Part shown: positions 7,456 through 16,546 of the stretch, piece after piece | Position numbering within the stretch: position 1 is the stretch's first letter | Layout of the letters: every line of letters starts with the position of its first letter | IMG/VR virus record: IMGVR_UViG_3300032286_000547 | Location: 46,148 to 110,147 of that record | DNA length: 64,000 bases | Reading direction: 5' to 3' (one strand) | Source: a virus | Position numbers and translations under genes: made by a program | The notes under the pieces: generated by a model | The model's input: only the letters and a program-made list of their open reading frames with translations | The model's database searches: none | Told to the model about the DNA's origin: nothing

Positions 7456-10401
7456 TTCATCTATCACCATCTCTGGTGTTATGCTCTTCTGACATTCAAA
7501 CTGTCTCTCTGTTCCTTTATGAACAGGACACCAGTCCCAATCTCCTTTATCAAATTTATACTGTGGATCATTCCAACAACCGTGGCATACTCGGTTGTTT
7601 GTCACTCTATGGCATTTAAATTCGTGATCTGCATCAGTGAAGTTAGCAATCATTATCACTGGCACATCTAGTGCCCATGCTAACCAACTAAGCCCACTAG
7701 ATAGTCCTATAAAGAATCTACTATTGTATATAACACTCATGGTTGCTGACATACTTTTATCAGACAATGGTTGACAGTTATCAAATGGATTATCTTCTAG
7801 TGATGTATTGATAACTTTGTATCCTTCTCCATGTAAGTAGTTAATCACTTCTTGCCATGCTTCTCTGGTCCAGAACTTACATCCTGCTGTACTATTAGTA
7901 GCTATAGCAACTTGTCTCATTGCAAGATGCACTCTGCTGTTTACAATCCTTGGTTTGATTTCTTTATAAGGAAGACCTAGAATGTTTGTAGCTGTCTGCT
8001 GTAATGGTATAGTGTTTGGAAGAACAGGTTCTTTGTTTTCATTATAGAACCAACCAATCTTATACATTGCATAGATGTTATTCACTGTAGCACCTGGCTC
8101 AACAAACTCTAGCATTGGATATTCTTTTTCAAACAAGAAGTTCTTGAATGTACTAACAATCACTTCACAGTTGTGTGCACATCTAAACTCTTCTACGTAT
8201 GGTATCCAAGCTATTGTATCTCCTAAAGAAGAACTATCGAATGCAATATAAACTCTTCTACCATCTAGATTTAAAAGTTTATCATACACCTTCTCTCCAT
8301 CTTTATACACCACAGTCTTCCACTGTGTATAATACTCTCTGTTTAGTCTTATCCAGTGATTACATTTGATTGTGTCACTATGAACCAACACATCACCATC
8401 ATAAAACTCTACACGAAAGTCACTAGTAGATGTTCCTGTTATCTCCAAGAATGGTTGTCCAACGAAGTGTTGTGTTATATTCCAATCATTTACACTGTTT
8501 TTGTGTGGAATAACGGACATTGCTTTCTTATATAGATTCAAATTATTCTTAGCAAAGAATATAGATGGATTATCAAGTGGCATAGGATAATTGTTAGGAG
8601 ATGTTAACATATCTCTTATCTGTGGTACTATCATAATAGGGTTTAGGTTTCTTATATAATCAGTGAACATGTCATAATATTGAATAAGGTTTCTAGCTAG
8701 TATAGGTTTGCCATAACTAATGGCTTCTCTAAGAACAAGAGGATTACATTCCCATGTAGAGTTAAACATAAACAAGTCTGCAGCTTTCATAAATAAATCT
8801 GTATCATTTCTCTCTCCCCATACAGTAACATTATCAGGAACATTGTTCATTAATGGTTCCCAATAGTCTTTGAAGTTCCCAGCTTGGTTACCTACAAAGT
8901 GAAACTCTACATCTGGTATCTGTCTAGCTGCTTCTAATCCTTCTCCCTGGTTCTTTCCTCTGGTCCAAAGTCCTATGTTTACAACATGTTTCTTTGTTAC
9001 ATCCATTCCAAGAGTTATTTGTGCAGCAGTTTGTTCAGCTTTACTTACATGAGTATAATCTATAGGATATTCAATCACTTCTTTATATCCATCAAGGTTA
9101 GCAAATGTATCTACATGATAAGGTGTACAGAATGCATATGCATCTGGTGTAAACATCTTAGTCTCTGGTACAAAAGAAACATCATGACATGTCTCAACTA
9201 TTCTATATGTTCTATCATCAGCATACAGTCTAGTGATCATCTCTCTATCCATTCTCTCAGACATTTCATCTATATGAATGATGTCTGGTCTGAATTCATT
9301 TATGATGCAAAATAGTTCTGTTTTATCCTCATATAATGTGAATACAGGTACAATATCTAAGATTTGGTTCCTTTGTACAACAAAATCCACACTATAACAT
9401 TGATATTCCACTACAATTATTTCTACATCTGTATAATCTTTCAATGTTTGTATTCTTTTTAGAAGAAACTGAGGCATACCACCTGTTGACAGATGGGGAG
9501 CAAGGAACATTATTTTAATAGGTTTAGACATTTTAGACATTAGTTTAGACATTGCTACAGGATCTTTTTCTCCATGTAAGAAGAATAATTGATCCTCACT
9601 AGCTGGTAACTTAAACCATGATTCTAAATAACTTCCCCAGTTATCTTCATTATATATTCTATCAAACTTATCAAGGCTAGCATTAGTGTATATATAAGGA
9701 AGACTATCTAAGAACTTATGTTTCCATAACAACACATTCACTATTGTCTCTTCGTGATAGGGAGCATAGTATTGTGGATCTTTTAGTATCTTTGGATGAT
9801 TGCACATCCAACTCCACTCATTTAAGAATGGTATAGTGTTCTGACCAGCTACAAAATAACCAGTTTGTCTATACTTGTCTCTAATAGATTGATCTACATT
9901 AAACAATTCACATGCTGGAGCTTCAAGACTCTTGTGTAAGTTCTCTCTTCCAATTACAACACCTCTACCATTCATTAATAGATAATCATATATACCTTCT
10001 GTGAAATACGGAAACTCAGAATCTGTAGGATAGTAGTTGAATATTCTATCTACATACTTAGTTGCTACACTGTCAGAATCTACATAACAGATTGTCTCAG
10101 CAAATCTTTCAAGAGCATCTTTAACTATAAGAGGTCTTTGTATTAATAGATTGTATATTCTAGAATCATCTCTATCTATATAAGATGATTTTGGTACATC
10201 TTCTACATCACATTTCCAGTAGACAGTGTTAGCTCCAGGAACCTCACTATAATCATTTAACATGTACACTGTAATTGGTACATCACTAAACTGTTGAATA
10301 CTTTCTACAGCCATACATACAGTGCTGTAATAAGATGCATTTGCATATAAAACATACATTCTATCTGCTTTTCTATTTGTGTGTGTAAAACTAGAAGACA
10401 T
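7435..10401 (-). CDS. Three-domain glycosyltransferase: GT-A (DSD) + GT4-like GT-B + TibC/Aah-like protein O-glycosyltransferase
   Basis: YVDSD motif; STGG...KNQ...ADLF..S.WE.NPLVLREA..YGKP; SLGDTIAW plus CHGCWND...WCPVH...FEC iron-finger-like cysteines. Confidence 0.8.
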   Translation of the reverse strand: MSSSFTHTNRKADRMYVLYANASYYSTVCMAVESIQQFSDVPITVYMLNDYSEVPGANTVYWKCDVEDVPKSSYIDRDDSRIYNLLIQRPLIVKDALERFAETICYVDSDSVATKYVDRIFNYYPTDSEFPYFTEGIYDYLLMNGRGVVIGRENLHKSLEAPACELFNVDQSIRDKYRQTGYFVAGQNTIPFLNEWSWMCNHPKILKDPQYYAPYHEETIVNVLLWKHKFLDSLPYIYTNASLDKFDRIYNEDNWGSYLESWFKLPASEDQLFFLHGEKDPVAMSKLMSKMSKPIKIMFLAPHLSTGGMPQFLLKRIQTLKDYTDVEIIVVEYQCYSVDFVVQRNQILDIVPVFTLYEDKTELFCIINEFRPDIIHIDEMSERMDREMITRLYADDRTYRIVETCHDVSFVPETKMFTPDAYAFCTPYHVDTFANLDGYKEVIEYPIDYTHVSKAEQTAAQITLGMDVTKKHVVNIGLWTRGKNQGEGLEAARQIPDVEFHFVGNQAGNFKDYWEPLMNNVPDNVTVWGERNDTDLFMKAADLFMFNSTWECNPLVLREAISYGKPILARNLIQYYDMFTDYIRNLNPIMIVPQIRDMLTSPNNYPMPLDNPSIFFAKNNLNLYKKAMSVIPHKNSVNDWNITQHFVGQPFLEITGTSTSDFRVEFYDGDVLVHSDTIKCNHWIRLNREYYTQWKTVVYKDGEKVYDKLLNLDGRRVYIAFDSSSLGDTIAWIPYVEEFRCAHNCEVIVSTFKNFLFEKEYPMLEFVEPGATVNNIYAMYKIGWFYNENKEPVLPNTIPLQQTATNILGLPYKEIKPRIVNSRVHLAMRQVAIATNSTAGCKFWTREAWQEVINYLHGEGYKVINTSLEDNPFDNCQPLSDKSMSATMSVIYNSRFFIGLSSGLSWLAWALDVPVIMIANFTDADHEFKCHRVTNNRVCHGCWNDPQYKFDKGDWDWCPVHKGTERQFECQKSITPEMVIDEIKKLLS

Positions 10402-10420
10402 AGTGTTGATTTTTAAGAAT

Positions 10421-10428
10421 CAAAGGTA
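10421..10428 (-). promoter_or_regulatory. Bacteroidota -7 element (TACCTTTG) for the inverted glycosyltransferase
   Basis: TAnnTTTG about 20 nt upstream of ATG 10401. Confidence 0.55.
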
Positions 10429-10449
10429 TGAAAAATATATTTATCTTAT

Positions 10450-10512
10450 GCTATATTATGCTGAAAATATATTTTTACCTATTTATTATTCCAAATATAA
10501 ATTTTATATTTG
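10450..10512 (+). promoter_or_regulatory. Putative late promoter of the lysis operon
   Basis: GCTATATTAT 10450-10459 plus TATATTTG 10505-10512. Confidence 0.55.
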
Positions 10513-10583
10513 CTTGATATAATGGTATAATCATTGCATCGTTGCATCTATGCATTCGTGTGCTATACTAATCCTTAATCCTT

Positions 10584-10901
10584 ATGGAAAACGCATTTGA
10601 ATCACAAGTTGAAAAAGAATTGAAAAGCATGGATCAAAGACTTTACGATCTAGAGGAGAAAATGACTTCTATAGATAGCAAATTAACACAAGTAGTGGAT
10701 GCAATATTAGGAAATGCTCTTACTAAAACAGGAGGATTTGTTGCAGACATAACTGAGCTTAAAGAAAGAATCAAAGATTTAGAACACAAACTTGAAAAGC
10801 AAGAAGAGTTCAAGAAACGATTTACCTGGACTGTAGGTATAATCATAGGAATAGGTGTCTTATTACAATACGCATCTACACTATATAGAAACATTAGATA
10901 A
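10584..10901 (+). CDS. Coiled-coil membrane protein (holin/antiholin-like)
   Basis: Heptad-rich, single C-terminal TM segment; first gene of lysis cassette. Confidence 0.5.
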   Translation: MENAFESQVEKELKSMDQRLYDLEEKMTSIDSKLTQVVDAILGNALTKTGGFVADITELKERIKDLEHKLEKQEEFKKRFTWTVGIIIGIGVLLQYASTLYRNIR

Positions 10902-10902
10902 A

Positions 10903-11106
10903 ATGAGTAGAGGAGAAAAAATAGATATTTTTTTAAACAAATGGGTGAGCAGAAAACTCACTGTATTTGTTGTAGCATCTTTTGGCCTTTTTTCTGGAAA
11001 TCTAACTTCAGATAATTGGGTAATTTTAGCAACTGCTTATATATCTATAGAAGGTGCTACGAACATAGTTGAGCGTTTAATGAAAGCTAAAGGAACTACA
11101 GTATGA
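10903..11106 (+). CDS. Putative holin
   Basis: 67 aa from ATG 10903, SRKL followed by two hydrophobic segments, upstream of endolysin. Confidence 0.65.
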   Translation: MSRGEKIDIFLNKWVSRKLTVFVVASFGLFSGNLTSDNWVILATAYISIEGATNIVERLMKAKGTTV

Positions 11107-11429
11107 TCTTAGCAAAGTTTCTTGATAGTCTTGAAAAACAATGGCTTGCTGTAGTGGTAGCTGCATTGTGGCTATTCAGCTACACTGCTAACCAAGAGAA
11201 GAATAATGCTTTGCTTGAACAAACTAAGAATCTAGAGATACAGATTTTAGAACTTGAAAAGAAAGATGATGCATCTGCTAAGGTGATCGATAGCTTGTCT
11301 AAAATAGATACAGTGATTGTAAACAGAATCAAAACCATTAAACAAAAAGAATATGTACAGATTAAAGTTATTGATAGTCTTCCTATTAGTGGGCTTCAAC
11401 AGTATTTCACAGACAATTACAAAAGATAG
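11103..11429 (+). CDS. Putative inner-membrane spanin
   Basis: N-terminal TM then coiled coil; overlapped by next gene. Confidence 0.55.
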   Translation: MILAKFLDSLEKQWLAVVVAALWLFSYTANQEKNNALLEQTKNLEIQILELEKKDDASAKVIDSLSKIDTVIVNRIKTIKQKEYVQIKVIDSLPISGLQQYFTDNYKR

Positions 11430-11823
11430 CGTTGTTGTTTTAACAGAAAACCAAGCTAGAGCTGTTGTTACTGATCTTGTACGTTATGATTTTGCTAAAC
11501 AAATCATCAAAGAACAAGAAGCTAGAATCAAAAACTTTGAGAAGAAGGAGCTTGAATTCAAGAATCAATTAGATATAAAAGATTCTATCATCTTCCATCA
11601 AAAAGAAATGATTGATATCCATAAAGAGATCATCAAGAGTAAGAAACCTTTTGAATTTCATGGTTATGCTGGTGTTCAATCAACAAGATTTACATTAAGA
11701 GAACCTACATTATATACAAACCTAATGCTTGAATTCACAAGATTCAATGTAGGAGCTCAATACTTTGTACAACCTAATAACCCTCCAGGTTATAGTGTTG
11801 TTCTAGAATATAAATTATTTTAA
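11353..11823 (+). CDS. Putative outer-membrane spanin partner (non-lipoprotein)
   Basis: Signal peptide, coiled coil, C-terminal beta strands ending EYKLF; 77-nt overlap with previous gene. Confidence 0.5.
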   Translation: MYRLKLLIVFLLVGFNSISQTITKDSVVVLTENQARAVVTDLVRYDFAKQIIKEQEARIKNFEKKELEFKNQLDIKDSIIFHQKEMIDIHKEIIKSKKPFEFHGYAGVQSTRFTLREPTLYTNLMLEFTRFNVGAQYFVQPNNPPGYSVVLEYKLF

Positions 11824-11834
11824 ACCAAATAATA

Positions 11835-12263
11835 ATGGTAACAAGTGCACAGTGCTTAAAGAAGTGGGGTGATCCTGCTTTAACTGAGAACGAATTAAAA
11901 TATATGACTGTATGGGATGTACCTACTAATTTAGAGATAGGTGTTATTCCAAAAAAGTTATACTGTAATAAAATAATGGTAGCTCCTCTATCTCAAGCTT
12001 TCACAAATCTTATAGATAGAAACTTTGTTAAAGAGTTGAAAACATTCGATGGATGTTTCAATGTAAGAAGAAAGAGAGGACTAACTACAATGTCTTTACA
12101 TTCCTGGGGGATAGCAATTGATGTTAATGCTGCTTGGAATGGATTACATAAAACTCCACAACTATCTGCAGGATTTGTAAAATGTTTTACAGATGCTGGA
12201 TTTGAATGGGGAGGTACGTGGAAAAGAAAAGATGGAATGCACTTCCAATTAAAATCTATATAA
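11835..12263 (+). CDS. Endolysin, M15 family Zn peptidase
   Basis: R...SLHSWGIAIDVN, FEWGGTW, DGMHFQ motifs. Confidence 0.9.
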   Translation: MVTSAQCLKKWGDPALTENELKYMTVWDVPTNLEIGVIPKKLYCNKIMVAPLSQAFTNLIDRNFVKELKTFDGCFNVRRKRGLTTMSLHSWGIAIDVNAAWNGLHKTPQLSAGFVKCFTDAGFEWGGTWKRKDGMHFQLKSI

Positions 12264-12264
12264 C

Positions 12265-12402
12265 ATGGCAAAAGTAACCAACATAGTAGAGAAGATATCT
12301 AAACCTAAAATCAGTAGACCAGGTGTACATGCTAAATCTCAAACATCTAACTTGAAATCATCTAAAAACTATAAGAAATTATATAGAGGACAAGGTAAAT
12401 AA
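12265..12402 (+). CDS. 45-aa basic phage protein ending YRGQGK
   Basis: Translated by hand: MAKVTNIVEKISKPKISRPGVHAKSQTSNLKSSKNYKKLYRGQGK. Confidence 0.65.
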   Translation: MAKVTNIVEKISKPKISRPGVHAKSQTSNLKSSKNYKKLYRGQGK

Positions 12403-12465
12403 CTAAATTAGTTATTTTAATTTTGGTGAAAATCACTTACTTATGGTGAAAAACACTTATTTTTG
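12397..12465 (+). promoter_or_regulatory. Promoter with palindrome and tandem repeats
   Basis: AAATAACTAA-a-TTAGTTATTT 12397-12417; TGGTGAAAAwCACTTA at 12424 and 12444; TATTTTTG 12458-12465. Confidence 0.55.
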
Positions 12466-12488
12466 TATAATAAATAAAATTTAAAGAA

Positions 12489-13502
12489 ATGGCTATACCA
12501 TCTAGACAGATAGGCTGGGGAACAGAAGAAAATCTGTTATGGCAAATCTCTAAGCAATTAGAGAGATTAACACAGGTGACAGGAAATAGTGTAAGTGGAT
12601 CTCAAACACTTGCACAAACACTTGTTACTGGAAACAATACAGGTGGGAATGATATACTATTAAATAGTACTGATGCAATACAGTTAGAAAATAATTCATC
12701 ACTTAGAAAAGGAACTTATGATTTTGGTCAAGGTGGTGGTGTTTCACGTATATGTGGTGTAGACTATGAAGATATGTGGCAAGGTGGAATTAGACACGTA
12801 TTTGATTCCAATGGATTTATAAGAAATTCAACTAACTGCTTTAATATTATACCTAATTCAAGTTTTGATGATACTTTAAGATTTAAAATTGGTTCATTTT
12901 GGACTTTGGATGATGGTACTACTTATGAATGTACTAATGCAACAACAGGAGCTGCTGTTTGGCAATTATATTCTACACCTCCTAAGTATAAGGTGTTCAC
13001 AGCTTTATTAACACAGAGTGGAGGAAATAATCCTGACACTATACCAGGCAACGGTGGAACGCTTGATGCTGGATATACTTATTTAATAATAGACAATCCA
13101 GATAATTATGATTTAACATTATATGGTGCACCAAATAACTTACCTGGAACATATTTTATTTGTGCCAATTCTATTCTTAATCTTCCTTATACTAACAGTC
13201 TACAAATAGGAGTTAATTATGGTGCTCCAGTAGCAACTGTATTAGAGAACACTATTGGGAATGTTTGGTTTACTTATGATGGTGTTGGTAACTATTCAGT
13301 TAAATCTAGTAATTTATTTTTAGAAAATAAAACAACACTAAGTATTAATCTAATGGGTGATGATGTAGGTACTGGTTATATATGTTTAGGATATATTAAT
13401 ACTACAGAATCATTAGGTATTACAACAGGTACAGAAATAGGCGGCTCACAAGACAATGTTTTAACATGGAAAACACCAATAGAAATAAGAGTTTATAATT
13501 AA
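12489..13502 (+). CDS. Virion appendage protein with N-terminal module A
   Basis: MAIPSRQIGW...NLLWQISKQLE shared with 13513; beta-rich C-terminus. Confidence 0.55.
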   Translation: MAIPSRQIGWGTEENLLWQISKQLERLTQVTGNSVSGSQTLAQTLVTGNNTGGNDILLNSTDAIQLENNSSLRKGTYDFGQGGGVSRICGVDYEDMWQGGIRHVFDSNGFIRNSTNCFNIIPNSSFDDTLRFKIGSFWTLDDGTTYECTNATTGAAVWQLYSTPPKYKVFTALLTQSGGNNPDTIPGNGGTLDAGYTYLIIDNPDNYDLTLYGAPNNLPGTYFICANSILNLPYTNSLQIGVNYGAPVATVLENTIGNVWFTYDGVGNYSVKSSNLFLENKTTLSINLMGDDVGTGYICLGYINTTESLGITTGTEIGGSQDNVLTWKTPIEIRVYN

Positions 13503-13512
13503 TAAATAAAAC

Positions 13513-14295
13513 ATGGCAATACCTAGTAGACAAATAGGATGGAGTGGAAGAGCTAACTTACTTTGGCAGATATCTAAACAATTAGAATATCTAACATGTG
13601 TAGCAGCTGGTGGATGTACAACTACTACATCTACTACCACTATTGCTCCTACCACCACCACAACAACTACAATTTGTGTAGACTTTATTAATAGTATTGT
13701 TATTTCTGGTGGTTCATACACTGCTGCTAATGGAACTTATACAAGAGATACTCCTTCAGGATCTTTTACATTAACAGGTGGAGGTGGTGCTATATTCTTT
13801 GGTGGAGATGCTTGGTATATTTTTAATGCTACAATTGGAAATGTTGCAATAAATACATCTACACTAGGAACTGGAACATGGGAACCTTTTGCTCCTGGAA
13901 ATTCATCAGGAATTACTGCAGAGTATTTTTATTATACTTGTCCAACCACTACAACCACAACTAGTAGTAGTTCTTCAACAACTTCTACTACTAGCACTAC
14001 TACAACTGTAGCTCCAACTACTACTACAACAACTACAGTTATATATTCATTTAATGTTACGCAATGTTGTGGAGGAACTGGTATTACAGTATATTCAGCT
14101 TCACCATCAATAACAGTAGGTGCATATTTATATACAAACTCAGGACTAACTGTTCCGTTTGTTAATGAACAAGGTGACGGTGCTCCTAACAGAATTGGTT
14201 TTGAGAATACTTGTGATGTTTCTTTTAGTGACGCATTTTTTACATATAATACAGGATACGTTTATACCATTAATGGTGGCGGTGGTTGCGACTAA
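13513..14295 (+). CDS. Thr-rich (mucin-like) virion appendage protein, module A
   Basis: Same N-terminus as 12489; two poly-Thr/Ser tracts. Confidence 0.6.
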   Translation: MAIPSRQIGWSGRANLLWQISKQLEYLTCVAAGGCTTTTSTTTIAPTTTTTTTICVDFINSIVISGGSYTAANGTYTRDTPSGSFTLTGGGGAIFFGGDAWYIFNATIGNVAINTSTLGTGTWEPFAPGNSSGITAEYFYYTCPTTTTTTSSSSSTTSTTSTTTTVAPTTTTTTTVIYSFNVTQCCGGTGITVYSASPSITVGAYLYTNSGLTVPFVNEQGDGAPNRIGFENTCDVSFSDAFFTYNTGYVYTINGGGGCD

Positions 14296-14337
14296 TAACA
14301 AACAAAAAATAAATAATTATATTAAACCAACTACATT

Positions 14338-15354
14338 ATGAAAGATTTAAAATTTGTACAAGCTTGCCCAAGCGATATTTATTATACATGGCAAGTGAAC
14401 CTTTGGATGGAAAGCCTAAAAGAAATAGGACACTCTGACAAAGCAATCAATCTTATATTCACTCCTAAAGGAAGAGAGAATAGAGACAAATGGAAACAAA
14501 TAGAAGACCTATATCCAGAAGCTGAGTTTCATTACTACGAGGATGAGGATGATTTAAATCGATTAATTGGAATCTATATTCCTGTACTTAGACCATATGT
14601 TCTTTGGAAACATTTCAAGAAGCATCCAGAGCTAAGTGATAAAGCAATCTTCTATTGTGACTCTGACATTCTATTCATGAAAGATTTCAATGTAGATCAG
14701 TTCTTAGAAGATGAAGTGTGTTACTTATCAGATACAAATAGCTACATCAATGCTAAATATTTTGATAGTAAGGTGAATCAAGTGTTACCAGAGAAACTGG
14801 AAGAATATAAAGGTAGAGACATCCTTGCAGAGATTGCAAGTGTTGTAGGAATAAGCAGAGAAATAGCTGAGGCTAACAATGATCATTCAGGAGGAGCACA
14901 ATATCTATTAAAGAATGTAGATGGTGACTTCTGGAGTAAGGTGATGAATGATTGTATTCTTATTAGAACCTATTTACAAACAGTGAATAGAGAATTCTTT
15001 AAAGATGAAAATGCTGGATACCAAAGTTGGTGTGCTGATATGTGGGCTGTTCTTTGGAACCTATGGTTTAGAAACCAAGAAACAAAGGTGGTACCTGAAA
15101 TGGCATTTGCATGGGCTACAGATCCTATATCAAAGCTTGATACACATACAATCTTTCATAATGCAGGAATAGTTTCTGAAACAGGAAATGGTTACCCAGC
15201 CTTTTACAAAGGCAAATATCACATGGGTACTGATCCAACAAAAGATCCTAACCTAGATATGATTCTTAATGACGAACAATCAAAAAAATATTGTACTTGG
15301 TTCTATGCAACTAAACTGAATGAAATTAAAAACAAATATAACCTAAACTATTAA
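14338..15354 (+). CDS. GT-A fold glycosyltransferase resembling plant peptidyl-Ser/Hyp O-glycosyltransferases (GT96/GT95)
   Basis: YYTWQ, YIPVLRP, FYCDSDILF (DxD), GGAQY, WCADMWA in the order expected for that group. Confidence 0.65.
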   Translation: MKDLKFVQACPSDIYYTWQVNLWMESLKEIGHSDKAINLIFTPKGRENRDKWKQIEDLYPEAEFHYYEDEDDLNRLIGIYIPVLRPYVLWKHFKKHPELSDKAIFYCDSDILFMKDFNVDQFLEDEVCYLSDTNSYINAKYFDSKVNQVLPEKLEEYKGRDILAEIASVVGISREIAEANNDHSGGAQYLLKNVDGDFWSKVMNDCILIRTYLQTVNREFFKDENAGYQSWCADMWAVLWNLWFRNQETKVVPEMAFAWATDPISKLDTHTIFHNAGIVSETGNGYPAFYKGKYHMGTDPTKDPNLDMILNDEQSKKYCTWFYATKLNEIKNKYNLNY

Positions 15355-15370
15355 CCATAAATTTTAAACA

Positions 15371-15634
15371 ATGGGAAGCATTAATACAAGACCTTTAAAG
15401 GCTTATGTTAGATTCGATGGATCTGGCAGAATAGTTGCAGGAAGTTTAGTTCTGAGAAAGAACAAACCTAAAGTTGGTAAATGGAAAGAGATTCCAGCAT
15501 ATGAGTGCTGTAATCCTACAACCACTACTACCACTACAGCTGCACCAACAACAACAACAAGTACAACTGTAGCTCCAACTACCACAACCACAACAACTGC
15601 GAGAGCAACAACAACAACTACAACAACAAGATAA
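15371..15634 (+). CDS. Thr-tailed small protein, N-terminal module B
   Basis: LKAYVRFDGSGRIV...ECCN then about 38 aa of mostly Thr. Confidence 0.6.
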   Translation: MGSINTRPLKAYVRFDGSGRIVAGSLVLRKNKPKVGKWKEIPAYECCNPTTTTTTTAAPTTTTSTTVAPTTTTTTTARATTTTTTTR

Positions 15635-15636
15635 TC

Positions 15637-16113
15637 ATGGCTAGAAGTAATAACAATAATAAGCTTAAAGCTTTTGTACGTTTTGATGGTTCAGGACGTA
15701 TTGTACCAAGTAGTTTAATTGTACAAGCATTTAAACCGAAGGTAGGTAACTATCAAGAAATAGATGCTAAAGAGTGTTGTAATTACACAACAACTACAAC
15801 AACAACTTTAGCACCAACAACAACCACTAGTACTACGGTAGCCCCTACTACAACTACAACTACTACTGTAGCTTTAATTCCACTTACTTTTACAGTTTGT
15901 TGTGGAGAAGCTGAAGAAACTTTATATGCAACATCAAGTCCAGTAGTGCCTGGTGTTTATTTATATGAAAACGCGGCTGGTACAATTCCTGCTGTTTTAA
16001 GCGGAAATGTTGTGATCGGTGAAATCGATTGTCCTTTTGAAGAAAATATAGGAATATCTACAAATGAATCTGGATTAGTTTTGAGTATTACAAACCCTAT
16101 TAACTGTGCTTAA
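15637..16113 (+). CDS. Thr-stalk protein, module B plus head domain
   Basis: Paralogous N-terminus to 15371; C-terminal domain similar to that of 13513. Confidence 0.6.
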   Translation: MARSNNNNKLKAFVRFDGSGRIVPSSLIVQAFKPKVGNYQEIDAKECCNYTTTTTTTLAPTTTTSTTVAPTTTTTTTVALIPLTFTVCCGEAEETLYATSSPVVPGVYLYENAAGTIPAVLSGNVVIGEIDCPFEENIGISTNESGLVLSITNPINCA

Positions 16114-16132
16114 TAATTAAAAACTAAATAAC

Positions 16133-16546
16133 ATGGCAGTAAAATCCTTGTTTCCAGATGACATGATGAAATCATCATCTGAAGGCTTAACGTTAGACAG
16201 TATAGCTGCAAAGCTTACTTACTTTCATGAGCAATTACATCTGCTACATTGGCAAACAACTAGCTATGCAGAGCACCAAGCTCTAGGAGCATTGTATGAT
16301 TATGTACATGATTTCAAAGATGGTGTGGTAGAAAAGATTATGGGATATACAGGTAAAAGACCTGGTCTTTATAAGATAGAACCTTTAACTAATTGTACAC
16401 CTATGTCTTGTGTTGAAGATCTTTGTAACTTTGCAAGCAATTTAAAAAGATATGGTGATATGAATAGTTATCATGATATTGGAAATCTTGCAGATTCACT
16501 ATCTGGAGAAGCAGCTAAAACTAAATATCTATTAACATTGTCATAA
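16133..16546 (+). CDS. Ferritin/Dps-like four-helix protein (DUF5856-like)
   Basis: LHWQT.SYAEH.AL..LYD....D..VE..MG and terminal KYLLTL. Confidence 0.75.
   Translation: MAVKSLFPDDMMKSSSEGLTLDSIAAKLTYFHEQLHLLHWQTTSYAEHQALGALYDYVHDFKDGVVEKIMGYTGKRPGLYKIEPLTNCTPMSCVEDLCNFASNLKRYGDMNSYHDIGNLADSLSGEAAKTKYLLTLS

Noticed and set aside
13461-15591. Antisense poly-Val ORFs
   Set aside because: Reverse complement of the poly-Thr codons
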